Below, one piece after another: positions 25,764 to 37,958 of a stretch of 64,000 bases of DNA. The DNA is taken from positions 496,001 to 560,000 of the forward strand of contig JABVCE010000002.1 in the NCBI GenBank assembly GCA_014905635.1, written 5' to 3'. The notes below the pieces were generated by a model. It worked only from the letters and a program-made list of their open reading frames with translations. It did not search any database and was not told the DNA's origin. The translations under genes were made by a program, and so were the position numbers. This DNA comes from Scenedesmus sp. PABB004 (taxonomy: Eukaryota). Numbering within the stretch: position 1 is the stretch's first letter; the number at the start of each line of letters is the position of its first letter.

Positions 25764-28700
25764 ATGGCCGCCGCGGCAGTGGCGCCGGCGCTGCTCGTGA
25801 GCGCGCCGTGGCCGGCCGCGCCGGGCCTGCTCGCGGCCGCCGCAGCGGGCCTGCTGCTGGCGGCGCTGCTCTGGTGGCACCACGCCACGCCCCACCGCGA
25901 ATCGGTCGCCGACGCGTGCGACGCGGCGGCGGCGAGCGCGCAGCAGCAGCAGCAGCACGCGCGCGCGCTGCCGCGCGGCTCCGCGTTTGCGCTGCTGGAG
26001 CGCGCGTCGTCCCTCACCCGTCGCTCGACCAGCGGCGACGACGGCGAGGCGCGGCGGCGCCCCGCGTGCACGCCGGCGGCGCGCTGGCGGGGCGGCGCCA
26101 GCGCGAGCGCGCCGCTCTTTGCCTGCGCCGTCCCCTTCGTCGCGGGCCTCTCGTCGCTCTCGGACGACTCGGTGCCGGCCGTGGCGCTGTCGGAGCCGCC
26201 CGACGGCTGCGTGGCTGCGACAGCGCCTGGCAAGGAGGACGGCAACCAGCGCGCCGCGCCTGCGGCGGACCCGGCGGCGGCGCCGGCCCCCGCGGCGGCA
26301 GCCACCACGGGCGACGGCGGCAGCAGCGTCAGCAGGGGCAGCAGCCGAAGTGACGGTGCTGCGGCGGCCGAGGCCGACGCGCCGCGCGGCGTGCAGCCCT
26401 GCGCGCCGCCCAGGGGCGGCGGCGGTGGCGCGGCGCCGCGGCGGGAGCCGCAGCAGCCCGCCGGCGCCGGGCCCGGCGGCGGCCTGCCGGCGGCGCTGCA
26501 GGTGGACCTCGGGGCTGTCCAGGCGTCGCTGGAGGGCAGGCCGCTGCTGCCGCCGCCCTCGCCGGAGGCGCCCTCCGCACCGGCGGCCGCGCCCGCTGCG
26601 CCTGGCCTGCGCCCGGGGGCCGTGCTGACGCAGAGCGCCGCGTACGCGGCTCGGCCGTCGGCGCTCTATCAGTCGCCTCTGCAGCACGTCTCCGTCAGCG
26701 TCAAGGTGCGCCGCGCAGCGCCCCGGCCGCGGCGCGCTGCCGTCGCGACGCGCCGGACCCGCCCACCAACGCCCGTCCCGCCCGCTCCGCCTGCCCCGCC
26801 CGCCCCGCCCGCCTGCCTGCCTGCCACACACGCGCGCTGCAGGTGCCCGTGCCGTTTGCGCCGCTGCCGGCGCGCGCGCTGCAGGACGCGGTGTCGCAGC
26901 AGGTGTCGCGCGTCGCACCCGATGGCACAGTGATGCACATGCTGGCGGTCCCCGGCTGCATCCAGCTGCTCGTGAGCGTGGTGCAGATGCAGCAGGGCGC
27001 GCCCGAGGCCGCGCCGGGCCCCGGCGCCGCGCCGGGCAGCACCGCGGGCGGCACGCAGCCCGCCGCCGGCGCGCCCCCCGCCGCCGGCGCACTCGGCCTG
27101 GGCGCGCCCAGCCCTGGCGCGCCGGGCGCTGCCCACAGCGCGACGACCTACAGCGCGACGGCAGGGGCCGGCGGCGGCGGCCTGCTGCGCACCATGGTCA
27201 CCGGGCCCGGTGACGCCGTGGCCTGCGCCGCGCCCGGGTGGATGGTCGGCGCGCTGTGCCGCGGCGTGGAGGAGTTCATGCGTGGACATGCCCTGCCTGG
27301 CGGCGCCGGCGAGGCAGGGCGGGCGCGCTCGCGCCGGCGCACGCAGCGCCGCCGGCGGCGGCGGCGCATGGGGCGGAGCCGGCGCTGGCGCCGCCGGCGG
27401 TGCTGCTGGACCTGGGCGGCGAAAGCTTCGTCCTTGCCCCGGACCCCGCCGACCCCGCCGCGCCGTGGGTGCTGCGCGCCCTCGGGCCAGCCGCAGACGC
27501 CGAGCCGGCGGCTGCGGCGCACCAGCGGCCCGCCGGCGGCGATAGCGGCGGCGACCGCGGCAGCACCAGCGGCGGCGACGGCGGCGGCGGCACTGGCAGC
27601 GGCGGCACCGGCAGCGGCGGCGACACTGGCATGGCCCAGGGCGGGCACGCGGCGCCACTGGCGGACGGGCCTGGCCGCCCGGCTGCCGGCACGCCGGCGC
27701 CGCTCGCGGCCGCGCCACAGCCTGGCGCAGAGGCGGCGACGCCGCCCTACTCCACCACCAGCGCGCAGGCGGAGCCAGCGCCGCAGCTCCCAGCCGGCGG
27801 CCCCTCGCAGGCGGCGCACGAGAGCAGCTGGCCGCTGCCGCAGGGCGTGTGGGCCTGGCCGCTCCACGTGCCCACCAGCCCCGCCCTCGCCGCCGCCGCG
27901 GCCACCCCGCCGCCGGCGGCGGCTGGACGCCGCTGCCCCCGCTCGACGGCCCGGCCGCGCACGCGGGGCTGCCGCCGCAGCCGCACGTGGCGCTGCACGG
28001 CCTCGCCGGCCACGAGTGCCGCATCATCGTTGCGGCCGGCGGCGGCGGCGGCGTCGAGGCCGACTGCCGCTGCGAGGTGGCGGGCGGCATCGCCCGGTGC
28101 GCGCGCTGGCGCTGACGCTGGCGTGCCCTGCCCCTCCTCTCCCGACGGCGCCCGCCAACGCTCGCACCCCCTGCCCCCCCCCCCCCCCCCCCCCCGCTGC
28201 GCCGCTGCAGGATCCAGCCCCACCCAGCGCTGGCCTGGCCAGGCGCACCCTGTTCTGCATCTGCGAGGCGCCCGCCAGCGGCTCGGCAGAGGCGGCGGCG
28301 CCGGCAGGCCCGCCCGCGCCGGCGCCCGGCGACGCCGCGGGCCGCGCGCGCGCCGCGCTGGGCGCCGCGGCCGGGACGGCCGTGTTTGCGCTGCCGCTGC
28401 TGTCGGTGCCGCCCGAGGTCGCGCGCGACCTGGCCGAGGCGGCGCGCTCGCTGCTGCTCGCCGAGAGCCGCGCGCGCCTGCTGCAGGCGCAGCAGGAGGC
28501 CGAGTCGGCGGGCGCCGGCGCCAGCAGCGCCGGCTACTATTATCTCTACCTCGACACCTCCGCCACCGGGGGCGCGAGCACGAGCGGCGCCGGCAGCGAC
28601 GCCACGCTCGGCGCGCCCGGCCCCAGCGCCGGCGCGCGCATCAGCGGCGCCACGACCAGCGGCAGCGGCGCGAGCGGCGGCTGGACGCCCGCCGCCGGCC

Positions 28701-29487
28701 GCGGCGGCTCCGCCGGCCGCGGCGCGCCCGGCCTGGAGCAGAGCCGGCACGTGGGCAGTTTCGAGCCGCTCGCGTCGCCCCGCGCCGAGGCGGCCACGCC
28801 GGCCGCCGGCCACGGCCGCGGCGCGCCCTTTGCAGCGGAGGGGCAGCAGCCGCAGGCGGCGGACAGCCCGCCGCGCCGCGACGAGGGCCCGCAGGCGGAG
28901 CCGGCGCCGGGCACGCGCCGGGGCGGCGCGCGGTGGCGGCCCCGCCCCCGCCCCCGCCGGCGCGGCGCCGCGTCGCGCCCGCGGCGCCGCCGCCGGCGGA
29001 CGACGAGCGCGACATGCTGAGCCTGCGCGGCCGCCTGTTTGCGGGGCCCGACGTGTGCGCGCTCCTGCAGCGCCAGTTCCTCTCGCTGCTCTCCGACCTG
29101 GGGCTGCTCATCGAGCTGGCCGCGGCGCCGCAGCCGCTGCCAGGGGCGAGCGCCGCCATGGCGGCGGCCGTGGGGCGGCAGCTGCTCGCGTGGGCGGCGG
29201 CGATGGACTGCTGGGCCGTCTGCCAGCTCGTGCTGCGGCTGCTGCTCGGCGCGGGCGTGCCGCTCGTGCTGGGCGGCGTGCGCGTCGAGCCGGGCGCCGT
29301 CGCCACGCCCGCCGCGGCGCGCGCGCTGCTGCTCGGCGATGCAGCCGGCGGCGGCGGCGCGGCGCGCGGTCTGGCGCACGGCGACGGCGCGGCGCAGGCC
29401 GCCGAGCCGGGCGCGGCGCCGCCGCCGGCGGTTCCGCCCCTCGCGCCCTGGGCGGCCCGCGGCGGCGGCCCGCGGCTGCCTCCCTCG

Positions 29488-29528
<41 letters not shown>

Positions 29529-29985
29529 GCAGCAGCATCCTGGCGCCGCCCCCGCCGTGCCGCGTGCCTTCAGCAGCGACGCGCCGCTGCCGCTGCGGAA
29601 GTGGTGGGATGCGGCTGCGCAGCAGCCGGCCGCCGCCGGCGGCCAGCCGGCACTGCCGCCGCAGGTGCCGCGCGCGAGCGGCGAGGCGCGCAGCAGCGCG
29701 GAGGTCGGCGGCGGCCTGGTCGCAAGCAGCAGCGCCAGCAGGTCCACCGACCTCGCCACCACGAGCGAGCACGACGCGGCTGCGAACGAGCTGTCGCCGG
29801 CGGGAGCGGCGCTGGGCGACGGTGGCGGCGCGCCACCGCGCGAGCAGGCGGGTGGGCGGCGGGGGCGGGGGCGGCGCATCAAGTTCTCGCTGCACGACAG
29901 CGCGTCTGAGATGATGAGCCGCCTCTGGACGCTCGGCCGGCGCAAGGAGCGCCCCCCGCGCCCGCCCGAGGCGGCGGCGAACTAG
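25764..29985 (+). CDS. SPL1/CRR1-type C-terminal-region protein lacking an SBP domain, with N-terminal hydrophobic helix
   Basis: YQSPLQHVSVSVK|VP...LAVPGCIQLLVSV resembles the IRPGC region; FLSLLSDLGLL and QLLAWAAAMDCWAVCQLVLRLL resemble later SPL1-type helices. Internal exon borders partly uncertain. Confidence 0.55.
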
Positions 29986-30281
29986 GCGGGAGGAGGAGGG
30001 GCCTGCGTTCATTGGCAGTGCGTTGGCGGCACGCCGTTGCACAGCACGCGCCTGCGCCCGCCGCGCCGCAGCGCGCCGCAGCGCGCCGCAGCGCGCCGCA
30101 GCGCGCGCGCCGGTACTGCGGTTTTGCCTGCCTGCCTGCTCGCCCTTCCGTTGCGTTGGCGCGCGCGCGTGCAACTCGCTTGTCGCTTGGGCGCTCGCGC
30201 GGGCTGCTCTGGCACGCCGCTGGCAACAGCAGCGGCGGCAGCAGCGGCGGCACCAGCGTCCTGCGCGCCCGCTGCTGCAGA

Positions 30282-31836
30282 ATGCAGCTACCCCGCTGCC
30301 GCTCCCAGCCGCTGCGAGCACCTCCAGCCCCCTCGCAGCCGCGCCCGGCAGCGGCGCCGCGGGGGCCGCGCTGCGCGGCGGCGGCAGCAGAGGCGCGCTC
30401 GGCAGCAGCGATGCGGCGAGTGGCGGGCGTGCAGGAGCTCATAGAGGACGGCAGCTTCACGCACGTGCTGCTGGACCAGTTCGGCGTTCTCCATGATGGC
30501 CGCCAGCCCTACCCGCACGCGGCGGCGGCGGTGGAAGCGCTCGCGGCGGCGGGCAAGCGTGTGTTTGTCCTGAGCAACAGCAGTCGGCGCAGCACCGGCA
30601 CGCTGGCCAAGCTCGAGCGAATGGGCTTTTCCGTGGATTGGTTCGCCGGCGCCATCACGAGCGGCGATGTGGCGCACAGCCTCCTCGAGGCGCGGCGGCG
30701 AACAGCGGCGCCGGCGCGGCGCGCGCGGCCAGCGGCGGCGTGCACCAGCCACGCGCAGCGCCGGCGCGCGGCCCCACAGCCGCGCCGCCCGCCGCCAGGC
30801 CAACAAGCAGTCAGGCTTCAGCGCGCTCGGGCGGCGCTGCCTCCACCTCACCTGGTCGAGCCGCGGGGCCATCAGCCTCGACGGCCTCGGACTGGAGGTG
30901 CGCTGCGACGGCCGGGGACGGCGCGTGCCTGGCAGCTGGCCGGCAGCTGCCGCGCCGCCAGGCAGCTGGCGGGCGCGGACCGCCCGCCCGCCCCGCGCGC
31001 CCCAGGTGGTGACGGAGCCGGAGCACGCTGATTTCATCCTGGCGCACGGCACCGAGGCGCTGGGCCAACCGGGCGGCGGCGCCGCAGACGCGGCGCTGCC
31101 GGAGCTGCTGGCGCTGCTGGAGCGCTGCGCCGCGTGCGCGGCGGCGCGGGGGCGAGCGATGCCGATGGTGGTCGCGAACCCAGACCTGGTGCGCCCCCAG
31201 CCACCCCTGCTTCCCGCCGCCTCGCTCGCGGGCAGGCTGCGCCACGGCGGCCGGCCGCCACCCCCCGGCTCGCGCGCTAACTGCGCGCCGGCTGCCGCCC
31301 CGCGGCGGCCGCCAGGTCACCGTCGATGGCCCTGGCCGGCCGCTGATCACCATGCCCGGCACGCTCGCGCGGCACTACGCCGCGGCGGGGGGCGTCGTGG
31401 AGCTCATGGGCAAGCCCGACCCCCGCATCTACGCCGCCGCCCAGCAGCTCGCCGCCGGGGCCGGCACCGACGCCGCCGCCGTGGCGCCGCCAATCGGGGC
31501 TGGCTGGCTCGCTATCGGCGACTCGCTGGAGCACGACATTGCCGGGTGCGGCGCGCGCTGCCCGCCGCCGCCGTCGCCGCCGCGCGCTGCCCGCCGCGCG
31601 CCGCGGCCGTCTGACGTCCGCGCTGCCCGCCGCTGCCCGCGCCCGCGCGCAGCGCGTCGCGCGCGGGCGTGCCCAGCCTGCTGGTCGTGGGCGGCATCCA
31701 CGCGGAGGACGCGGCCCTGGCGGGCGGGCCCGAGCGCGGCGGCGCGGCGGCGGCCTGGGACGACGCCGCGCTGCGGCGGCTCTGCGAGGCACATGGCGCC
31801 ACGCCGACGTACGTCACGGCATTCCTGCAGCGCTGA
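30282..31836 (+). CDS. HAD-superfamily class IIA hydrolase with transit peptide
   Basis: LLDQFGVLHDG, LSNSSRR, ITSGD, VANPDL, MGKPDP, IGDSLEHDIAG; 5 exons, GC donor at 30690. Confidence 0.92.
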
Positions 31837-32294
31837 CTGTCGGCGGCGCTGCGGAGGGTGCGTTACGCCTTGGCCGCCGCAAGGCGCTGCCTGCCTCGGC
31901 AGCGGCCCTCGCGGCGCGGCTCACTCGCTCGCTCACGCGCAGCACGCGCACGCTGCAGCCGGCCCTGGGCCCCCTGGGAAGGGCGCGCCAGCTGCGCGCC
32001 GGCCCCGCGGCTCTCTGAGGTAAAGAGAGAGACATGTCAAACCACGACCACCACCACCACCAAAACGCAAGAGTACAACGCGCCGCTGCCTCGCTCAAGG
32101 GAGCGCCGCTCCACGGGCCGCCCGCCCGCAGCGGCAGACCTCCGTGCGCCCCGACCGACCGCCGCGGGCGCGGCGACGCCAAGAACCGCTGGCAGTCGAC
32201 CGTCCGCGCCTGGGCCCGCGCTCGCCTGCCTCGCCCCGCCGCGCCCCGCCGCGCCGCGCGCCGCCGCGCGCCGCCGGCCCCGCGGCGCGGCCGC

Positions 32295-34633
32295 TCAGTC
32301 TATGTGCCACTTGAGGGTGCGCGCCGCGCCGCCCTCGGCCTGCGCGTGCGCCGACTTGCCCGTCACGCGCACGGCCATCTCCAGCTCCAGCAGCCGGTGG
32401 TTGACCGCCTGCCGGCTGAGCTTGAGGCTGCACGCGAGGCTGTCCCCGGGCGCGCAGTCGAGGGAGGGGCTCATCATAAACACCTGCTGCCCCCAGTGCG
32501 TCGCGCCTGCGGCGCACGGACGACGCGGCGGCGGCACGTGGTGAGCAAACGGCACGCGGCGCGCGGCCCCGCGGGCCAGTGCGCAGGCCGCGCCGCGGCC
32601 GCGCGGCCGCACCGGTGGCGTCGGGCCCCGTGGGCAGCTTGACCTCGTCGTCTGCGGGCGCCTCGGGGCTGCCCGCAAACGTGACGTCAAACCAGCCGCA
32701 GAACGCGTCGACCGGCCCGCCGTCCACGATCGGCAGCGTCACCTCGGCCCGCAGGTCGGCCTGCGCGCGGCGCCGCGCGGGCGCTCGCTGCACGCCGCGC
32801 TGGCTGGCTGGCCCCGCCGCCGCCGCGCTGGCTGGCCCTGCGCTGGCGCCGCACCTTGAGCTCGTCGACGGTGACCTTGAGCAGGTCGTACGCCTTGAAT
32901 GGCACGCCCGGCCCCAGCAGCTGGCTGGGGTGCACGTTGCCCCAGGCGCTGGTGTTGAGGTAATACTCCGCCTGCTCGCCACGGAACGCCTCGCTCAGGC
33001 AGTCAAGGTCGACCTGGTGCGTGGGTGTGAGTGTGTGTGTGTGTGGGGGGGGGGAGGCGCGGTGAGCGGGCGGCGGGCGGGGCGGGGGAGCGAGAGACGG
33101 GAGGGGGAGGGGCGTGCACGGGCGAGGGAGGGCGAGGGCGAGGGAGGGGGAGGGAGAGGGGGTGTGCCAGCGGTGAATGACTCAGCGGCGCATGGGGGCA
33201 ACGTGCGTTGCGCGCCCGCCAAGTAAGTGAACCCTGGCGCGTGACCGCGTGCTCTGCGGTGCCTTGTCCGCTGCCAGCACCCACGGGGGAGGGGCTGGAG
33301 CAAGGAAGCTCCGCGCCCCGCGGGGCCGCCGCCCGGCCGCCCGCCCGCCCGCCGCCCCGGCCCCGCCGCCGGTGGCCCGCTGCGCCTGCCGCATCGTCCC
33401 CGCCCGCCGCATCACCCTCCCTGGCCCCCCACTCAACCCCGTGTCCCGCCTCACATTGTAAAAGGCGTTCATCTCCTTGAGGAACTCAGACCACCCGTAC
33501 ATGCTGTTCTGCGCACGTCAACAGGCAACCAGCAACAGACACCGAACAGGCCGCGCGTGAGCCGTGCGCGGCGGCGGCGGCGGCGGCCTGCGCGCGCGGG
33601 CCGCGGCCGCCGCGCAGCAACGCAGCGCGGCGCTGCGCTGCGCGCCTGGAAGTCGTTGACGCGCTGCGCCGCGGCGTTGGTGCGCATGGGCGCGATGAAC
33701 ATGCGCGCGTGGCTGGGGTAGAGCGCGCCGCCGGGCTTGAGCCACTTGTCGCGCGCGACCAGCACTGACCGCCGCGCCGCGCCGCGCCGTGCCGGCGGCG
33801 CCGGTGAGAGCCCCGCGCGCGCCGCCGCGCCGCCGCCGCGCCGCCGCCGGCCCCCGCCGCTCCCCTCTGGCGCGTGCGCCGTGCGCTGTGCGCTGTGCGC
33901 TGTGCGCTGCGCGGCGGCGGCGCTGCGCACCGCTGTCGAGCATGCTCTCGCGCAGCAAGAAGTAGCCCATCCACTCGCTGATGATGACGTCGACCTTCTC
34001 CGGCAGGTCGATCGTCTCGATCGTGCCCTGGATCACCTCCACGACGTGGCCCAGCTTGTTGGCCTCCACCAGCGTGCGCGCGTGCTTGGCCATCGACGTC
34101 GCCTCGACCGCGTACACCTTGCGCGCGCCGGCCATGGCGGCAAAGATCGCGAGGATGCCCGACCCCGTGCCGACGTCCAGCACGACGCGGTCCGCGAAGA
34201 GGCGCTTGTTCTGAATGACCGCGTTGTAGTAGGCGCCCGTGCGCTTGTGGTCCTCGAGCATGTCCTTCTGCGCGGCGCGCGGCGCGGGTGCGGATCAGCG
34301 CCGCCCCGCCGCCGCCGCGCCGCGGGGCGCGCCGCCACCCGCGGCGTCCGTAGACGCGCAGTAGGTCGCGGAGACCCCGCCCAGCGCCGCGCCCCGCCGC
34401 CCGCGGCCGCAGGCGCCGGCAGCGGGGCAGCGGCCGCCGACGCCGCCGTCGGCCGGCGCCGCCGCCGCGCCGCGCCGCGCGCGCGCGCGCGGGCGCGCGG
34501 GCGCGTTGGATGTGTCGATCTGCGCCCGCACCTGGTGATAGAGGAAGGCGTAGGTGCAGAAGTAGTTGGCAAAGTCCTTGCCATCTGGCGCCCGGCCGTC
34601 CAGCTTGGACAGCGCCCCCCGGCCCTCCGCCAT
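32295..34633 (-). CDS. PRMT10: Protein arginine N-methyltransferase, plant PRMT10 type
   Basis: YFCTYAFLYHQKDML, VLDVGTGSGILA, IISEWMGYFLLRESM, THWGQQ; 7 exons. Confidence 0.93.
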
Positions 34634-34732
34634 GGTGGTGCCCAGGCGACTCCGAAGGCGCGATCGAGATCGACCTCCCGGCACGCAGCGGCGCAGCGGC
34701 GCCGGGCCGGCGGCGAGACGCGCAGCCAGCGC

Positions 34733-34805
34733 ACTCCTGCTGCCGCGCTGTCGCTGGGTCGCTGACGCTGACGTGAACTCCTGCTGCCGCGCTGTCGCTG
34801 GGTCG
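34733..34805. repeat. 29-bp perfect direct repeat in the PRMT10/ribH divergent intergenic region
   Basis: ACTCCTGCTGCCGCGCTGTCGCTGGGTCG at 34733-34761 and 34777-34805; the spacer carries two TGACG. Confidence 0.85.
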
Positions 34806-34951
34806 TGGTCGGGCGGGAGCCTGCAAACGCGGAGAGTGACAAATGACACGCTATTCCCGCCGCCGGGCGCGACCGAGGCCAGCAGACGGCCCAGACGCGT
34901 GCCGTTCGGTCCTGCGCCATCGACACGCACCCGCCCCCGCCCGCCAGCGCC

Positions 34952-36065
34952 ATGCTCGCGCCGCAGTCCGCCCAGCAGGCGCTCGCCTGCAGCAGGCGGG
35001 CCGCCCCGGCGCCCGCGGCCGTCCCCAGCGGCCGGCCGGGCGCGGCGAGGGGCGCAGCAGGTGCGGCAACGCGGCGCCTGGGGGCCGGCCGCGCGCGCCC
35101 GGGCGCGCGCGCCTGCCGCTGCCGCCCGCCGCTGCCGCCGCCGCTGACGCTCGCCGCCGCCTGCCCCCCCCTCCCCCGCTCCCCCAATGGCACCTCCAGC
35201 GGGCGCGGCAGCGGCGCCGGCGGCCGCGCGGCAAGCGGCGGCGGCGGCGGCGGCCCCGCGCCAGCGCGGCGCGCTGGCGCGCGCCGCCGCCGCGCCGCGC
35301 GCCGAGGCGAGCGTGCGGCACGGCAGCGTCGTCGGCGCGGCGGGGCAGCGCTACGGCGTGGTGGTGGGGCGCTTCAACGACCTGGTGACCAAGCTGCTGC
35401 TCGAGGGCGCGTACGGCGCGTTCTCCGCGCACGGCGTGCCGCTCGACAGCGTCGAGGTGCGCCACCGCGGCGCCGCCGCTGCCCGGGCGCCCGGGCGCTC
35501 GGGCGCCTGCGCGGCCGCCGTGCGGCCGCCGCCCTGGGGCCCAGCCCGCGCGCGCGGCGCGGCCGCAGGTGTGCTGGGTGCCGGGGTGCTTTGAGCTGCC
35601 GGTCGTGGCCAAGGCGATGGCCAAGTCCGGCAAGTTTGACGCCGTCGTCTGCATCGGCGTCGTGGTGCGGCCGCAGCGCACGCAGCGGCACACGCGTGGC
35701 GGCGCTGCGGCGGCGGCCCAGGGGGGCCGCGGCGGCGGCCGCGCCGCGCGCGGCGCGGCGCCCGACGCGCCGGGCTGCGCTGCGCCCCCGCGCGCTGTGG
35801 CCAGGTGCGCGGCGCGACGACGCACTACGACGCCGTGGTCAGCGCGGCAACGAGCGGCGTGCTCAACGCGAGCACCGACAGCGGCGTGCCCGTCGTGTTT
35901 GGCGTGCTCACGTGCGACACCATGGAGCAGGCGCTGGACCGCGCGGGCGGCAAGGTCGGCAACAAGGGCGGCGAGGCGGCGATCACGGCGATCGAGATGG
36001 CCAACCTCATGGCCTCGCTGCGCGCCGACGGCCTCGCCGCGCCCGCGTGGGGCCCCGCCAAGTGA
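34952..36065 (+). CDS. ribH: 6,7-dimethyl-8-ribityllumazine synthase, plastid-targeted
   Basis: [64 protein letters not shown]. Confidence 0.96.
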
Positions 36066-36401
36066 CGCGCCACGGCGGGCGGGCGCGGCATCGGACCCCG
36101 CCGCGCAGGCGCCGCGCGCGCGGGCTGCAGGCGCGGCGGCGGCTGGCGCGGGCGGGTGGGCGGGCGGGCAGGGTGCGCGCACGCGTGGGCGAGCGGCTCG
36201 GGGGGCGAGTTCTGTCGCTGCTGCAGGTTCGTAACATAGTCACGTGCGCACGAGAGCTCGGGCCCTCGCGCACGCGGCCCCGCTCGAGGCCCAGCCCACG
36301 CGCTCGGTCACTCGCTCGCTCGCTGCTGCTGCTGCTCCTGCTCCTTCTGCTCCTGCTCCTGCCGCCGCAGCCGCCGCGCGGCGGCTGCGAACACGCGCGC
36401 G

Positions 36402-37441
36402 TCACTGCGCGGCCGCCGCCTCCTCCTCCGCCTCCTCCTTTGGCTGCCGCTTGGCCTCCTGCGCGGCCATGTAGGCGTCAATCTCATCCGGCGACAGACC
36501 CTGCGCGCCGGCGGCAGACCGCAGCGGCGCGTCGGGTGGGCGCGCAGCAGCGCGTCGGGTTGGCGGGCAGCGGTGCGCGGCAGACGCCAACGCCTGCCCG
36601 CCCGCGCCGCCTCCCCGCCGCGCCTCGAGCGGGTCGCTGGGGTCGATGCCGTGCTTCTCCATGAACGCCACGATGCCGGCGGGGGTCAGCCCCTCCAGCG
36701 GGTCGCTCTCGCCTGCGCGGCAGCACCCGCGGCGGCGGCGGCGGCGGCGGCGCGTTCGGCCGCGGGTGGCGGCGGTCGGCCGCGCGCGCGGCGGCGGCGG
36801 CTGCGCCGGCGCCGGCGGCGGCCTGTGCCGCACCGTCGATGAAGCTCGCCCCGGTCAGCACCGCGCGCAGGTGCTCCTTGCGCCGCGCCTCGAGCTCGGC
36901 CGCGCGCGTCTTGGCCGCCTCGAGCTGCTCGGGCGTGGGGTCGGGGTCCTTGAGGTGCCGGTACAGCAGCAGCGCCACGCCGCCCACGCCCGCGCCCCAG
37001 TACCACTTCTCCCACGTGCGCAGCGGCTTGGCGCCGCCCGCGACCTCGCTCGACATCTCGATCAGGCTGCCCGGCCCGCCTGCGGCCCCGCCGCGAGGGA
37101 CTGAGCGGCTGCGCGGCGCCGGACGCCGGGCGGCGGCGGCGGCGAGGCGGCGGCGCGGCGGCGCGGCGCGCACCCGACGTCGACGCGCCCTCTGCCGCGG
37201 CGCCGGCGGCCGCGGCGCCGCCGGCGCCACCGGCAGCGCCGCCGGCGCCGCCGACGTTGACGCGGCGCAGCGGCGCGCCCGCGCCGCGCGCGCCTGGGGC
37301 GGCGTGGCTGCTGAACAGCCGCGCCGCCGCGCCGCCGCCGCTCTCAGCTGCTGCGACGGCTGCTGCTGCGCCCAGGCGGGCGGCCCCCGCGCCGACGGCG
37401 GCGCCGCAGGCGCAGCAGCGCGCCGCCGCTGCTGCTGCCAT
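36402..37441 (-). CDS. Unknown single-TM protein with probable mitochondrial presequence
   Basis: ARLFSS presequence-like end, TM WEKWYWGAGVGGVALLLY, duplicated SDPLEGL(T/S)P motif; 4 exons. Confidence 0.6.
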
Positions 37442-37958
37442 CGCCGAGCGCCGCTGCTGCAGCTTCTGCGCGGCTTCAGGGCAGAACCAAGCCTCTACTG
37501 AGACGCGGTGGCTCGTGGCAGGCCCGCTTGGCGACGGATTGGGGGCAGGCGGCCGGGGCGGTGCGCGGCAGGCGACGGCGTGGTGCGCGGGGACTGGGGA
37601 TGCGGGCGTATGGGCGCTGGGGTGGGCGTGCGCGGGGCGTGCGCGGCGGCGTGGCGAGGTAGGCGAACGGGCGGGGCAGAAGCCTGCTGGCCTCCCTTGT
37701 GGCGGGCCGCAAAGGCTTGCCTGTCATGCCCTGGGCATGCACCCAGGCCCGCTCCATCGCACCGACGCCCAACCGCGCCGCCAGGCCGGCTCGCCGCGCA
37801 GCAGCAGCACGCAGCATCGCGCGCCGGGCCAGCACACCCCGCTCGGCGGGCCCTGCGCAGGCTCTGCGCGCCCGACAGTCGGGCCCCTAGCAGGCATCCC
37901 CAGCGCCAGCGCGGCCTCTCGACGCCCGCAGCGCGCGTCAGCAGCAGCAGGGGCCAGG

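Noticed and set aside
30061..30102. GCGCGCCGCA decamer tandem (about 4 copies); also a GTGCGCT heptamer tandem near 33881-33909
   Set aside because: Simple minisatellites without spacers; not CRISPR.
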